A DNA stretch of 58,234 nucleotides from Patescibacteria group bacterium. GTDB taxonomy: Bacteria > Patescibacteriota > Minisyncoccia > Moranbacterales > DUUL01. Every line of letters begins with the position of its first letter. Within the stretch, counting starts at the first letter, position 1. Below, piece after piece: positions 39,353-48,770 of this stretch. The notes beneath the pieces are model-generated. The model was not told the origin of the DNA. It ran no database searches and saw only the letters and a list, made by a program, of their open reading frames with translations. The position numbers were made by a program, and so were the translations under genes. The stretch covers positions 1 through 58,234 of the forward strand of contig WGDO01000032.1 of NCBI GenBank assembly GCA_015493225.1, written 5' to 3'.

Positions 39353-39440
39353 CAGCTCCCCCCTTTTTTTAAAGGGGAATTGAGAGAGGATTTTCGTAGC
39401 CTCCCCCCTTCACAAAGGGGGGATTGAGGGGGGATTTTTA
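39353..39440. repeat. two REP-like units
   Basis: CCCCCTT..AAAGGGGG-ATTGAG(G)GGATTTT, as at 6734 and 36285. Confidence 0.82.
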
Positions 39441-39571
39441 GACTGAAGAGATAAAATGAATTAATTTTTAATTTTAAACTTTTCAACAAGATCAAAAGAT
39501 AAAGCTCACCCATAATAACTAATAATTTTTATTAAATGAAATTAGACAAAAACAAATAACATTAAAACCCA

Positions 39572-40204
39572 ATGACAAAAAAACTATCTGAAAAAGAAAT
39601 AACCTTGCAAACCTATAATAAATCAGCCAAAGAATTGGCTGAATATTTTAATAGTATTGGCTCTCGTAAAAGTGATATTAATAGGGCTTTCTCTTATATA
39701 AATAAAAAAGAGCCAAAGGTATTAGAAATTGGTTGTGGGGATGGTCGTGATGCGGAATATATTATAAATAAAACGAAAAATTATGAGGGATTTGATTTAT
39801 CTGAGGAGATGATAAATACAGTTAAGACAAAAGTATCTAAAGGAAATTTTCATGTGGCTGACTTAGAAGAATATTTTTTCAAAAACAAACCAAATAAAAA
39901 GTATGACATTATTTTTGCCTTTGCATCACTACTACACAGTAATAAACAGACATTAAAAAAAGTAATTTTAAGAGTTAGTGACTTTATAACGAAAGGAGGA
40001 ATATTTTATATCTCATTAAAAATAAAAAAAGTTTATACAAGAGAAACAAAAAAAGATAGATTTGGTACACGGGTATTTTATTATTATACCCCAGAATTAA
40101 TTCAAAATTTTGCGCAAAATAGATATAAAACTCTTTTTATGGAAACTCAAATAATTGGTAAAACAGAATGGTTGACCATCATTTTACAAAAAACTAAAAA
40201 TTAG
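39572..40204 (+). CDS. class I SAM-dependent methyltransferase
   Basis: VLEIGCGDGRD, GFDLSEEM, YDIIFAFASLLH. Confidence 0.88.
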   Translation: MTKKLSEKEITLQTYNKSAKELAEYFNSIGSRKSDINRAFSYINKKEPKVLEIGCGDGRDAEYIINKTKNYEGFDLSEEMINTVKTKVSKGNFHVADLEEYFFKNKPNKKYDIIFAFASLLHSNKQTLKKVILRVSDFITKGGIFYISLKIKKVYTRETKKDRFGTRVFYYYTPELIQNFAQNRYKTLFMETQIIGKTEWLTIILQKTKN

Positions 40205-40216
40205 GGATTAAAAACA

Positions 40217-40729
40217 ATGAAAGATAAAAACAAAGAAATAATTATTCTCGGTATTGACCCGGGGACGGCGATTACTGGTTGGGGAATTATTAAGGATGGG
40301 AAGAAGGAGATGGAGGTAGTGGCTTATGGCTGTATTGAGACGAGTAAAAACAAAACCGATGTGGAAAGATTAAAAGAAACAGCTAAAGATTTACAGGCAA
40401 TTATCAAAGAATACAAACCAGATGAAATGGCCATTGAGGAATTATTCTTTTTTAAGAATCTAAAGACAGCTATAAAAGTAGCTCAATCCCGAGGAGTACT
40501 AATGTTTGTTACTGCCAAGCAGAAAATTTCGGTGGCGGAATATACTCCCTTGCAAATTAAGCAAGCCTTAACTGGTTACGGGAGAGCAGATAAAAAACAG
40601 ATGCAAATAATGGTGCAAAGCATTCTTAAACTTAAAACTATTCCTAAACCAGATGATGCTGCTGATGCTCTGGCCGTCGCCATCTGTCATCAACAATCTC
40701 GCAAACTAGAACAACTGATGAAAAAGTGA
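40217..40729 (+). CDS. ruvC: Holliday junction resolvase RuvC
   Basis: ILGIDPG, AIEELFF, GYGRADKKQ, DDAADALA. Confidence 0.96.
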   Translation: MKDKNKEIIILGIDPGTAITGWGIIKDGKKEMEVVAYGCIETSKNKTDVERLKETAKDLQAIIKEYKPDEMAIEELFFFKNLKTAIKVAQSRGVLMFVTAKQKISVAEYTPLQIKQALTGYGRADKKQMQIMVQSILKLKTIPKPDDAADALAVAICHQQSRKLEQLMKK

Positions 40730-40741
40730 TTGATTTTAAGT

Positions 40742-40979
40742 TGCCCCCTTTTTAAAGGGGGCAGAAGGCTGGACAAATTTTTTTAGTTTGCGTAGTTGTG
40801 AATTTATCCCGCGAAGCCAAAGGCGAAGTAGGAGAGTGGAATAAAAAGAATTTGTTCAGGCTTCGGGGGTTTTTAAGTAGCTAACCGAAAAACCCCCCAA
40901 ATTCTCTTATTACTTTTATTTATCAACTTCGTTGATAAATAAAAGTAATAAGAGAATTTGACCCCCTTTACACAGGAGG
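40742..40979. repeat. two oppositely oriented hairpin-carrying REP-like elements
   Basis: Reverse unit ~40742-40875; forward unit 40888-40979 with a perfect 30-bp stem (40898-40960). Confidence 0.8.
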
Positions 40980-41014
40980 CAGACCAAGACAATTTTAAAT
41001 TTTAACAAAAAATC

Positions 41015-42319
41015 ATGCAAGAAAATAATCAAAAACGAATAATTAACTTTGAAAAATATGAGTTAGCCAACGGGGTGAGGGTGGTTTTGGCTCCAGATGA
41101 ACGAGCAGTAGCAACCATTGCTCAAGTTTTGGTTGGCACTGGTTCAAAATATGAAAATAAAAAAAATAACGGTATTTCCCATTTTTTAGAACATATGGTT
41201 TTTAAGGGAACGAAAACTAGACCGTCCACCAAAGCCATAGCCGAAGAGGTAGATAGTGTTGGCGGACAAATGAATGCTTTTACCGGACAAGAAGAAACTG
41301 GTTATTGGATTAAAATGCCAACGGAACATAGTGGATTGGCTTTGGATTTGGTGGCGGACATTTATCTTAATTCCTTACTGGAGCAAAAAGAACTAGAGAA
41401 AGAAAGAGGCGTAATTTTACAGGAGATGGCTATGTATGAAGATATGCCAATGCGTAAAGTGGAAGAAGTTTTTGAGGAGTTATTATATGGCGATCAACCA
41501 GCTGGATGGCCAATAATCGGTCAGGAAAAAAATATTCAAAAACTGACTGCCCAAGATTTAAAAAAATACATACAAAAACAATACCTGCCGGCCGAAACAG
41601 TCGTAACGGTAGCTGGTAATTTTTCCGTTCCGAAGATTAAAAAACAAATACAGGAATTATTTGGTAAGAAAAGAAAGACAGATAAAAGAAATAAGCGACC
41701 AGAAGTTAAAGAAAAACAACGACAGCCTCGTTTGCAAATAGAAGAAAAAGACACTGACCAGACTCATTTGGTACTGGGCTTTCGTTCCTATAATATGTTT
41801 GACCGACGAAAATATGCCCTAAGTTTATTGTCTAGTATTCTCGGCGGGGGAATGAGTTCTCGGATGTTTCTGCGAATTAGAGAACGAGAAGGACTGGCTT
41901 ACTACATTCACACCGCCAGTGAAACAAATTTAGATACGGGGGTTTTTGCTATTCAAGCTGGTGTCAGTCACGATAATTCAGAAAAGACCGTTAAATTAAT
42001 TTTGCAGGAGGTTCTAAAAGTCGCTAAAAAGAAAGTAACAGAAAAAGAGTTGAAAAAATCCAAGGATAAAATCAAAGGTTCTTTTACAATGGGATTAGAG
42101 ACCATTCAATCCCGGGCTGGATTTTTAGCCAACCAAGAACTTTTCCGAAGAGATATTAAAACGGTTAAATATATTTTAAAACAGTATGATAGAGTAACCG
42201 CAGAAGACATTCAAAAAGTCGCCCAACAAATTTTCAAAAATTCCAAACTCAACCTAGCCATCATCGGCCCGCATAAGAATAATGAAGAAAGGTTGAAAGA
42301 AATTTTGAAGGTTTCTTAA
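41015..42319 (+). CDS. M16 family zinc peptidase
   Basis: HFLEH (HxxEH), NAFT, ERGVILQE, GGMSSRMF..IRE..GLAY. Confidence 0.92.
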   Translation: MQENNQKRIINFEKYELANGVRVVLAPDERAVATIAQVLVGTGSKYENKKNNGISHFLEHMVFKGTKTRPSTKAIAEEVDSVGGQMNAFTGQEETGYWIKMPTEHSGLALDLVADIYLNSLLEQKELEKERGVILQEMAMYEDMPMRKVEEVFEELLYGDQPAGWPIIGQEKNIQKLTAQDLKKYIQKQYLPAETVVTVAGNFSVPKIKKQIQELFGKKRKTDKRNKRPEVKEKQRQPRLQIEEKDTDQTHLVLGFRSYNMFDRRKYALSLLSSILGGGMSSRMFLRIREREGLAYYIHTASETNLDTGVFAIQAGVSHDNSEKTVKLILQEVLKVAKKKVTEKELKKSKDKIKGSFTMGLETIQSRAGFLANQELFRRDIKTVKYILKQYDRVTAEDIQKVAQQIFKNSKLNLAIIGPHKNNEERLKEILKVS

Positions 42320-42482
42320 AAATTTTAAATTTTAAATTTTAAGTTTTCCAGCCTTACTGAAGTATTGACTGAGCTGTTAATGTTGTGCTAACCTTAATTT
42401 GTAGGTATAGGGTGTACATTAAAGATGGTGCTAAAATTAAATTAGCATAATCAACAAAATAATTTACAGAGGAGGAATTGGC

Positions 42483-42668
42483 ATGACCAATATCATAACA
42501 TTTTTTTTGGGGTCAAGTAATAATATAAATCCTTTATTTACTACACTAGGTGTTGGGTGGCTATGTGTTTTTATTTACCTGCTGTGGCAAAAGGGTCGTC
42601 TAGAAAAATATATGAACAAAATAACCAATGTTGAATTTTGTTATACTGTCAGTTCTGGTGATAACTGA
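42483..42668 (+). CDS. small orphan membrane protein (possibly truncated)
   Basis: SD GGAGG, one TM; promoter-like TTGACT-N18-TAACCT at 42365-42394. Confidence 0.45.
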   Translation: MTNIITFFLGSSNNINPLFTTLGVGWLCVFIYLLWQKGRLEKYMNKITNVEFCYTVSSGDN

Positions 42669-42914
42669 GCGGTCACTATACATACGTTCATATGTGTCGG
42701 GAACACATACTGGGAGGCAGTACCTTTGTTTTTGTTCTTTGTTGTGGTAAGAAAATGTATTTACGATGAAGATATTGTAAGAAAAATGACAAAAGAAAGT
42801 TATCGAGACTCAGAATTAATCATCTGGCAATGTCGCTGGGCAGTTAAGAAAATCGAAAAAGATGGTGCTAAAATTGAATTGGTGCAATCAGCAGATTAGC
42901 CTTTGGAGGGTGTC

Positions 42915-43510
42915 ATGAACAAAAAGGGAAAAGCGGCAAAAAGAAAACAAGCAAAAAAAACGGAAAAATACTGCAATAAAAAGAAAAGCCGAGGTGCTTA
43001 TAACGTCGAAATCAAGATGGGTTGGCTGGATGAGGGAGAGAAGATACTCTGACTTGAAAAAGCAGCTAAGTAAAAAGTCCCTAGAAATTGTTCGGGCGAG
43101 AACATTAATTGAGGACATTGTTTTTTTTAAATGCTGGTACAGAGCCATTCGTGCGTATTGAATTATCTACGCCCAATTCTCATGTTAAAGCCCTGGATAA
43201 ACTTGTCCGGAAAAAAACATTCAAGGGGGACAATTTTGTAAATTTAGCAACCAGACAGCGTTATTCGACAAATTGTGCCTTTTCTAGAGAAAATTTATTT
43301 TTAGTTGGTTATTTATCAGAAGATGAGTATGCCGAATTTGAACGAATTTCCACAGGAGGCTCTTCATTGTCATGGACAGCAGAAGTTATTGTTTACAATT
43401 TTCCTCGTGAAAAGACTAAGATTGTCGAAGTTTATGCAGATGTTAATTGGTCTATGGACAGGGAATTGATTTCTAGGGATCTTGAAGTATATAATTTTCA
43501 GGGGTTGTAA
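42915..43510 (+). pseudogene. orphan gene apparently broken by two frameshifts at homopolymer runs
   Basis: SD GGAGG and ATG 42915; +1 shifts at the A-run (42953-42960) and T-run (~43120-43128) join three open frames through to 43510. Confidence 0.4.
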
Positions 43511-43583
43511 AATATCTTATGGCAGTTTTATGGCGATGTTTATTCGAGTATTTCCTATTGGGTGAATATCGTCTTTTTTATCC

Positions 43584-43612
43584 TTGATATTTCTTTCAAA
43601 GTAGGCTATTAT
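43584..43612 (+). promoter_or_regulatory. sigma70 promoter of the putative ncRNA
   Basis: TTGATA-N17-TATTAT; predicted start ~43619, exactly where the structured region begins. Confidence 0.65.
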
Positions 43613-43618
43613 AAAACC

Positions 43619-43812
43619 AATCTCGGGTGGAATGGCACAGAACCACCCAATTAAGAGATAAAGTGCCATTGACTCATCGGTTTTGTACGAATCCTTAAGT
43701 AGCGGCGAGCGAACGGGGTATAAATCTCTAAGTAGCGGCGAGCGAATGGAGATAGATATGTACAAACACAACTAACAAGTTGTGGGACAAACGTTCACCG
43801 ATGAGTTTTTTT
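43619..43812 (+). ncRNA. putative novel structured ncRNA with pseudoknot and two 23S rRNA helix-13-like hairpins
   Basis: Multiple nested stems, 8-bp pseudoknot, duplicated TAAGTAGCGGCGAGCGAA, closing 11-bp stem followed by a T-tract. Confidence 0.72.
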
Positions 43813-43897
43813 GTTTTTAAAATCAAGATATTATAAATGGGATTATGCGACAAAAAATCTTTATGGGTCGCCATCTATAATTGCTGGCATAAATAGC

Positions 43898-43925
43898 ATA
43901 CAACTATTCAATTGAATAGTTGTAT
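43898..43925. repeat. perfect 28-bp palindrome ATACAACTATTCAATTGAATAGTTGTAT
   Basis: Upstream of the ArsR-like gene; identical cores at 44348-44383 and 44486-44513. Confidence 0.95.
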
Positions 43926-43998
43926 AACTTAATAAACTGTGTTATGATAATAAACCAATTTACTATTGGTAAGTTTATTATTAAGATAAAATATTGTC

Positions 43999-44277
43999 AT
44001 GAAGAACAAAATCAAAAAAAGCAATCAATTGGATTATATTGTAAAAGGTTTTGCAAATAAAAGAAGAATTGATATTATTTTTCTCTTAGAAAAATATCCG
44101 GAATTATCAGTATCGGATATTGCTAAGCATTTTAACATTAGTTATACGGCAGTATCTAATCATTTGTTAAAGATGATGAGCAGAGGAATAGTAATGAAAC
44201 GAAATGATAAATCGGAGGTTAGGCATGCTTTAACCAATAAAGGAAAAGCAATTGCTAACTTTCTATCAAAAATATGA
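43999..44277 (+). CDS. ArsR-type winged-helix DNA-binding protein
   Basis: FANKRRIDIIFLL, LSVSDIAKHF, AVSNHLLKM..RGIV. Confidence 0.85.
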   Translation: MKNKIKKSNQLDYIVKGFANKRRIDIIFLLEKYPELSVSDIAKHFNISYTAVSNHLLKMMSRGIVMKRNDKSEVRHALTNKGKAIANFLSKI

Positions 44278-44347
44278 AATAATTTTTTTATCACAATTGT
44301 TAGATTAACATCCGGTGATTTATGCTCAATTATTTGGAATTGTGTCG

Positions 44348-44513
44348 GACTATACAACTATTCAATTGAATAGTTGTATAGTCGTATTTATATTTAAGCT
44401 TAGGATGGGATAAAAAGTGGGAGATACAAATTATCTCCTGTAGCACTGATCAACTATTCAATGTATACAATCATTCATTTAATATATACAACTATTCAAT
44501 TGAATAGTTGTAT
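44348..44513. repeat. two more copies of the palindrome plus a half-site
   Basis: 36-bp perfect palindrome 44348-44383, 28-bp copy 44486-44513, half-site CAACTATTCAAT 44451-44462. Confidence 0.95.
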
Positions 44514-44561
44514 GGTTGTTAAAAGAGTATAAAGATTATATTGATTAATGATTTGGTTTAC

Positions 44562-44590
44562 TTGATAAATTAACAAATTACAGGTATTAT
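44562..44590 (+). promoter_or_regulatory. sigma70 promoter
   Basis: TTGATA-N17-TATTAT upstream of the AI-2E gene. Confidence 0.55.
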
Positions 44591-44640
44591 AAGAGTAGAG
44601 AAATGAAGGAAGTGGACAGAATAATCATTAAAATATAATC

Positions 44641-45675
44641 ATGCATCAACAGACAAAAACCATCGAAATTTCTTTGAAAACGATTTGGTATACAGTCTTC
44701 ATTGTGGCCGGAGCTTGGTTTTTGTTTGCCATTAGAGACATTTTATTACTTTTGTTTTTAGCCATTATTCTTTCCAGTGCCATTCAGCCAATCGTTGATA
44801 AGCTAGAAAAGAAAAAAATACCTCGCACCCTAACCACATTAAGTATTTACATTTTAGCTCTGGTTGTTTTTTTCTGGTTCTTTAATATTATTATTCCTAT
44901 CCTGGGCAGTGAATTAAAAGAATTAGGTTTAGTGCTGGGAACTTATTTTGGCAACTTTAACAATATTTTCAGTGGGTACATAAATATGATTAGTAACTGG
45001 AATATTTTAGATCAACTAGCAACCATCAAAGAAAGTACTTCCGGGGGAGTAGCCCAACTAGGTGCAAATATTTTTTCCAATACAGTAGGTGTCTTTACTG
45101 GACTCTTTAAAACCATGATTGTTCTTTCCCTATCTTTCTATATGATTGTTAAAAAAGATGGAGCCTGGGGATTTGTGAATAATGTTGTACCAAAAAAATA
45201 TGAAAAATACACCATTAATTTAATTAAGAGAATACAACATCAGGTAGGTCGCTGGATGATTAGTCAATTTATTCTAGCTGGCATTATTTTTGTTTTAGAA
45301 TATTTGGTTTTAATGTTGTTGAACGTACCCTTAGCTTTAACCCTAGCTCTACTGGGAGGCCTCTTGGAAATAATTCCTTACATTGGACCAACGATTAGTG
45401 TTATTCCCGCTGTTCTAATAGGGCTAACTATTTCTCCCTGGGTAGCGGTTGTTATTTTTCTATTATATATTTTAATTCAACAACTGGAAAATCATATTAT
45501 TGTACCCTTGCTTATGAAAAAAGCAGTTGGATTAAATCCAGTGGTGGTAATTTTAGTTTTACTGATCGGAGGAAAATTGGCAGGAGTAGCCGGATTAATT
45601 TTAGCCGTACCCCTTACCGCCGCCGCCAGTGTTGTTTGGGATGATTTGGTGAATAGGGAAGTCGCTAAAAGATAG
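44641..45675 (+). CDS. AI-2E family transporter
   Basis: LEIIPYIGP, IQQLENHIIVP, GLNPVVVIL, GLILAVP. Confidence 0.92.
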   Translation: MHQQTKTIEISLKTIWYTVFIVAGAWFLFAIRDILLLLFLAIILSSAIQPIVDKLEKKKIPRTLTTLSIYILALVVFFWFFNIIIPILGSELKELGLVLGTYFGNFNNIFSGYINMISNWNILDQLATIKESTSGGVAQLGANIFSNTVGVFTGLFKTMIVLSLSFYMIVKKDGAWGFVNNVVPKKYEKYTINLIKRIQHQVGRWMISQFILAGIIFVLEYLVLMLLNVPLALTLALLGGLLEIIPYIGPTISVIPAVLIGLTISPWVAVVIFLLYILIQQLENHIIVPLLMKKAVGLNPVVVILVLLIGGKLAGVAGLILAVPLTAAASVVWDDLVNREVAKR

Positions 45676-45752
45676 AAATATTTAAGAATAAATAAAAATG
45701 GGCGTGCCATATAAATTTATGACAGCCCAAATTACTCTGTTGAGATTCTCCC

Positions 45753-46064
45753 TTAATCTTCTTTGAAAGTAGTGTTACAAGAAGCCGGGGTGATAGATTC
45801 TGATATTGAGACCTTATTACCCAGTGAATTGTTAGAAATGAAAACCATTTCATGTTGAAGAAAGCACTCAGTGGTATTCATTTGAAATAAAATCCAGGTA
45901 GAAATGTTTTGTTTCCTTATAATCTGGCTATCACGTTGAAGCATTTTAGCCCCAGGTGGGAGAGCTGGTATAGTGTTTTTTCCGCAATCACTCGCCGAAG
46001 CAAGCGATGTAAGAAAAATAACAATACCAATACAAATTAGGGAAAGAACTAACGATTTTCTCAT
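45753..46064 (-). CDS. small secreted orphan protein
   Basis: Signal peptide (..LASA), SD AAGGAG, promoter TTGACA-N16-TATAAT at 46154-46127. Confidence 0.65.
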   Translation of the reverse strand: MRKSLVLSLICIGIVIFLTSLASASDCGKNTIPALPPGAKMLQRDSQIIRKQNISTWILFQMNTTECFLQHEMVFISNNSLGNKVSISESITPASCNTTFKED

Positions 46065-46203
46065 AATAAATCTCCTTGTTATGAGGGTTGAGTAAAAATT
46101 TATTGAAATTATTAAGCCAACATTCTATTATACACCATTATGTTATTATGTCAAGAAAATAAATGTTTTAAATCACAAACTCTAATTTCTAATTAAAGCA
46201 CCT

Positions 46204-47160
46204 ATGTTAATCGATGATGTCACAATTAAAGTAAAAGCAGGGCGAGGAGGAGATGGTTTATCTACCTTTTCCAAGGTTGTTCTTGAAAATGGGCCAACTG
46301 GTGGTGATGGTGGACGAGGAGGAAATGTTGTCATAAAAGGAGTAACTGATTTGGGAGCTCTTAGACAATTTCAACATAAAAAAGTCATCAAAGCTGCGCC
46401 CGGAGGACGAGGCGGTCAAAATACTCGAGAAGGAGCTGGTGGTAAAGATGCCGTTATTTTAGTCCCCATGGGAACAGTCATTCATAATCTAGATAATGAC
46501 ACCAGCCAAGAAATTACAAAAAAAGATGCGGAAATAATCATTGCCCGTGGAGGCAATGGTGGTTTTGGAAATCATCATTATCGTTCTAGTAGAAATACCT
46601 CGCCCACTAGAGCCAACGAGGGTGCCCCAGGAGAAGAATTTACTATTCGCTTAGAACTAAAATTAATTGCCGACATAGGATTAATTGGTTATCCCAATGT
46701 AGGAAAATCTACTTTTTTAAATACCTTTACCAGTGCTAAGAGTAAAGTAGCTAATTATCAATTTACTACTCTAGAACCTCATTTAGGGGTTTACTATGGT
46801 TTAATTTTGGCGGACATTCCCGGCTTAATAGAAGGCGCAGCCCAGGGAAAAGGCCTGGGGCATAAATTTTTGCAACACATTGAACGAACTAAAATGTTAT
46901 TTCATTTCATCGCTTCAGACAGTATTGACCCAATTAATGATTATTTAATCATTCGAAAAGAGTTGGAAAAATTTAACCCAAAAATGTTAAAGAAAAAAGA
47001 GTGGATAATTTTAAGTCGGATTGATGAGACAGACCAAAAAGAATTAAAGCAAATAGAAAAGAAATTACAAAAATATAATAAAAATGTTATCGCATTAAGT
47101 GTAGTCGATGATGATAGTATAAAAGAAATGAAGGAGTTTTTGAATAAAATTAAAGACTAG
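46204..47160 (+). CDS. obgE: GTPase ObgE/CgtA (no C-terminal domain)
   Basis: Gly-rich Obg fold, GYPNVGKST, YQFTTL, DIPG. Confidence 0.94.
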   Translation: MLIDDVTIKVKAGRGGDGLSTFSKVVLENGPTGGDGGRGGNVVIKGVTDLGALRQFQHKKVIKAAPGGRGGQNTREGAGGKDAVILVPMGTVIHNLDNDTSQEITKKDAEIIIARGGNGGFGNHHYRSSRNTSPTRANEGAPGEEFTIRLELKLIADIGLIGYPNVGKSTFLNTFTSAKSKVANYQFTTLEPHLGVYYGLILADIPGLIEGAAQGKGLGHKFLQHIERTKMLFHFIASDSIDPINDYLIIRKELEKFNPKMLKKKEWIILSRIDETDQKELKQIEKKLQKYNKNVIALSVVDDDSIKEMKEFLNKIKD

Positions 47161-47219
47161 AACAAAAACAGTAATTAAACAGAACAAGTAAGACAAGAAC
47201 AATTACTAGAAAACAACTC

Positions 47220-47299
47220 GCGTTACCTTATATGGTTATAAGGTAACGCAATACTACAACCGTCAAACTTTGTTTCCTTATAACCATATAAGGAAACAA
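47220..47299. repeat. pair of ~30-bp palindromes, same family as 231-321
   Basis: GCGTTACCTTATATGGTTATAAGGTAACGC and TTGTTTCCTTATAACCATATAAGGAAACAA. Confidence 0.85.
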
Positions 47300-47332
47300 A
47301 GTAAACCAATAAATTAATTGAATTACAGTGAG

Positions 47333-48067
47333 ATGAATTTTAAATGTTTAAATGTCAAAATTGATAATTTATCACGGAAGGAAATATCGGATAGAATTAG
47401 AAATGTTTTGAATCAGAAAGGTCAAGATAAAGCCTCTCTTCAAATTAACACAATCAACCCGGAATTTATTCTGGAGGCACAAAAAAATCAAAAATTTAGA
47501 GACATTCTCAATGCAAAAACAAGTTTAAATATCGCTGACGGTATTGGTGTTAAATTCGCTAGTTGGCGTTACGGAAAAAATTTAAAACATCGTTGGGCAG
47601 GGGTTGATTTGATGCAAGAGATTTTAAAAATTGCCAACAAAAACAAACAAAAGGTTTTAATTATAACCCACAAAGACAGTTTGAGTAGCAAGAATGACAT
47701 TAAAACAGTCGTTAAGGAATTATATCCAAAATTAAAAGTCAAAATAATTACAATGCAAAGGTTCAACCTTCGCAAAGATGAGGATTGGAAATTTACAAAT
47801 ATGAATTATGATATTGCGTTATGTAATTTTGGTGCACCACAACAAGAAATGTTATTACACAACTTACAAAACTATAACATAGAATTGGCAATGGGCGTCG
47901 GAGGTAGTTTTGATTTTTTAACTGGGAAAATTAAACGGGCACCGAAGTGGATGCGAAAAATCGGGCTAGAATGGCTCTGGCGTTTAATCCTGGAAGCACG
48001 CTATCGTTTAAAAAGAATCTGGCAAGCAGTAATCGTGTTTCCAGTAAAAATTATGTTTAATAAATGA
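47333..48067 (+). CDS. WecB/TagA/CpsF family glycosyltransferase
   Basis: TINPE, ADGIG, GAPQQE, GVGGSFD, RAPKWMRKIGLEWLWRL; start placed at ATG 47333. Confidence 0.92.
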   Translation: MNFKCLNVKIDNLSRKEISDRIRNVLNQKGQDKASLQINTINPEFILEAQKNQKFRDILNAKTSLNIADGIGVKFASWRYGKNLKHRWAGVDLMQEILKIANKNKQKVLIITHKDSLSSKNDIKTVVKELYPKLKVKIITMQRFNLRKDEDWKFTNMNYDIALCNFGAPQQEMLLHNLQNYNIELAMGVGGSFDFLTGKIKRAPKWMRKIGLEWLWRLILEARYRLKRIWQAVIVFPVKIMFNK

Positions 48068-48178
48068 TTTAAAATAGATGGATAAACAAATCAATAAATT
48101 TAATAAAAATAGTCAGGAAAGATTACCTGAAATAAAATTAAAAAAAATGTCTGTTGATAATAAATAACTTAAATCACA

Positions 48179-48766
48179 ATGGAAAAAATAAAGAATTCAT
48201 ATAATATTTTAACAAGCGAAGAAACTGTTGAGAAAAGTGAACAAGAAAAAGAAATACATTCATTGGTCAATAATATTCAAGAGAGATTGTCCAAACAATA
48301 TCCTAATTTGAGAATTGTTTTTAGAGGGATGCAAAAAGGTGCCTCAGCACATAATATACCAGATAGCTATCTATTTGATATATGGATGGAACCATTAATA
48401 ATCAAACAACAACCAACAACTATCACCTTATTGACACTAAACGAACAATCTTTAACCACAAAAACAAAAGAAACATTATTGGCATACATAGACAGTGCTA
48501 TTAAATCGGTTGAAGACGAGTTAAAGCCAGAATACCCTGATTTAAAAATAGCATACAAAGATTATAGCTCCATGCTTGGAAATTATCATTTTTTTCAATT
48601 AATTTATCCGGGACTAATTCCACCCAGCCCAACAGATGGAAAATCATCAACACCAATCAGTTTAAAAAGTATTTCCAAAAGAGAGTTATTTAAAAAAACA
48701 AAAGCCGTATTAGATATGTATAAAAAGTATGGAAAACAATGGCCTCAACAAGAGTTAGATATTTAA
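48179..48766 (+). CDS. hypothetical protein
   Basis: 195-aa ORF with an apparent internal duplication (KQYPNLRIVF / PEYPDLKIAY). Confidence 0.6.
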   Translation: MEKIKNSYNILTSEETVEKSEQEKEIHSLVNNIQERLSKQYPNLRIVFRGMQKGASAHNIPDSYLFDIWMEPLIIKQQPTTITLLTLNEQSLTTKTKETLLAYIDSAIKSVEDELKPEYPDLKIAYKDYSSMLGNYHFFQLIYPGLIPPSPTDGKSSTPISLKSISKRELFKKTKAVLDMYKKYGKQWPQQELDI

Positions 48767-48770
48767 ATTT

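Noticed and set aside
40888-40979. Integron attC sites in the long hairpins
   Set aside because: No RYYYAAC/GTTRRRY ends or extrahelical bases, no integrase, and neighbours are core genes.
43690-43755. 23S rRNA gene or fragment
   Set aside because: Only the ~25-nt H13 motif matches, it is duplicated, and flanks are not rRNA-like; reported as an ncRNA module instead.
43517-43771. 84-aa minus-strand ORF with repeated RSPLL
   Set aside because: The repeat is the antisense reading of the duplicated helix-13 motif; promoter, pairing and U-tract all point to a plus-strand RNA.
43619-43812. tmRNA, RNase P, SRP RNA or hammerhead ribozyme
   Set aside because: No tRNA-like ends, GAGGAAAGUCC, SRP GGAA loop motif or CUGAUGA/GAAA core in the right arrangement.
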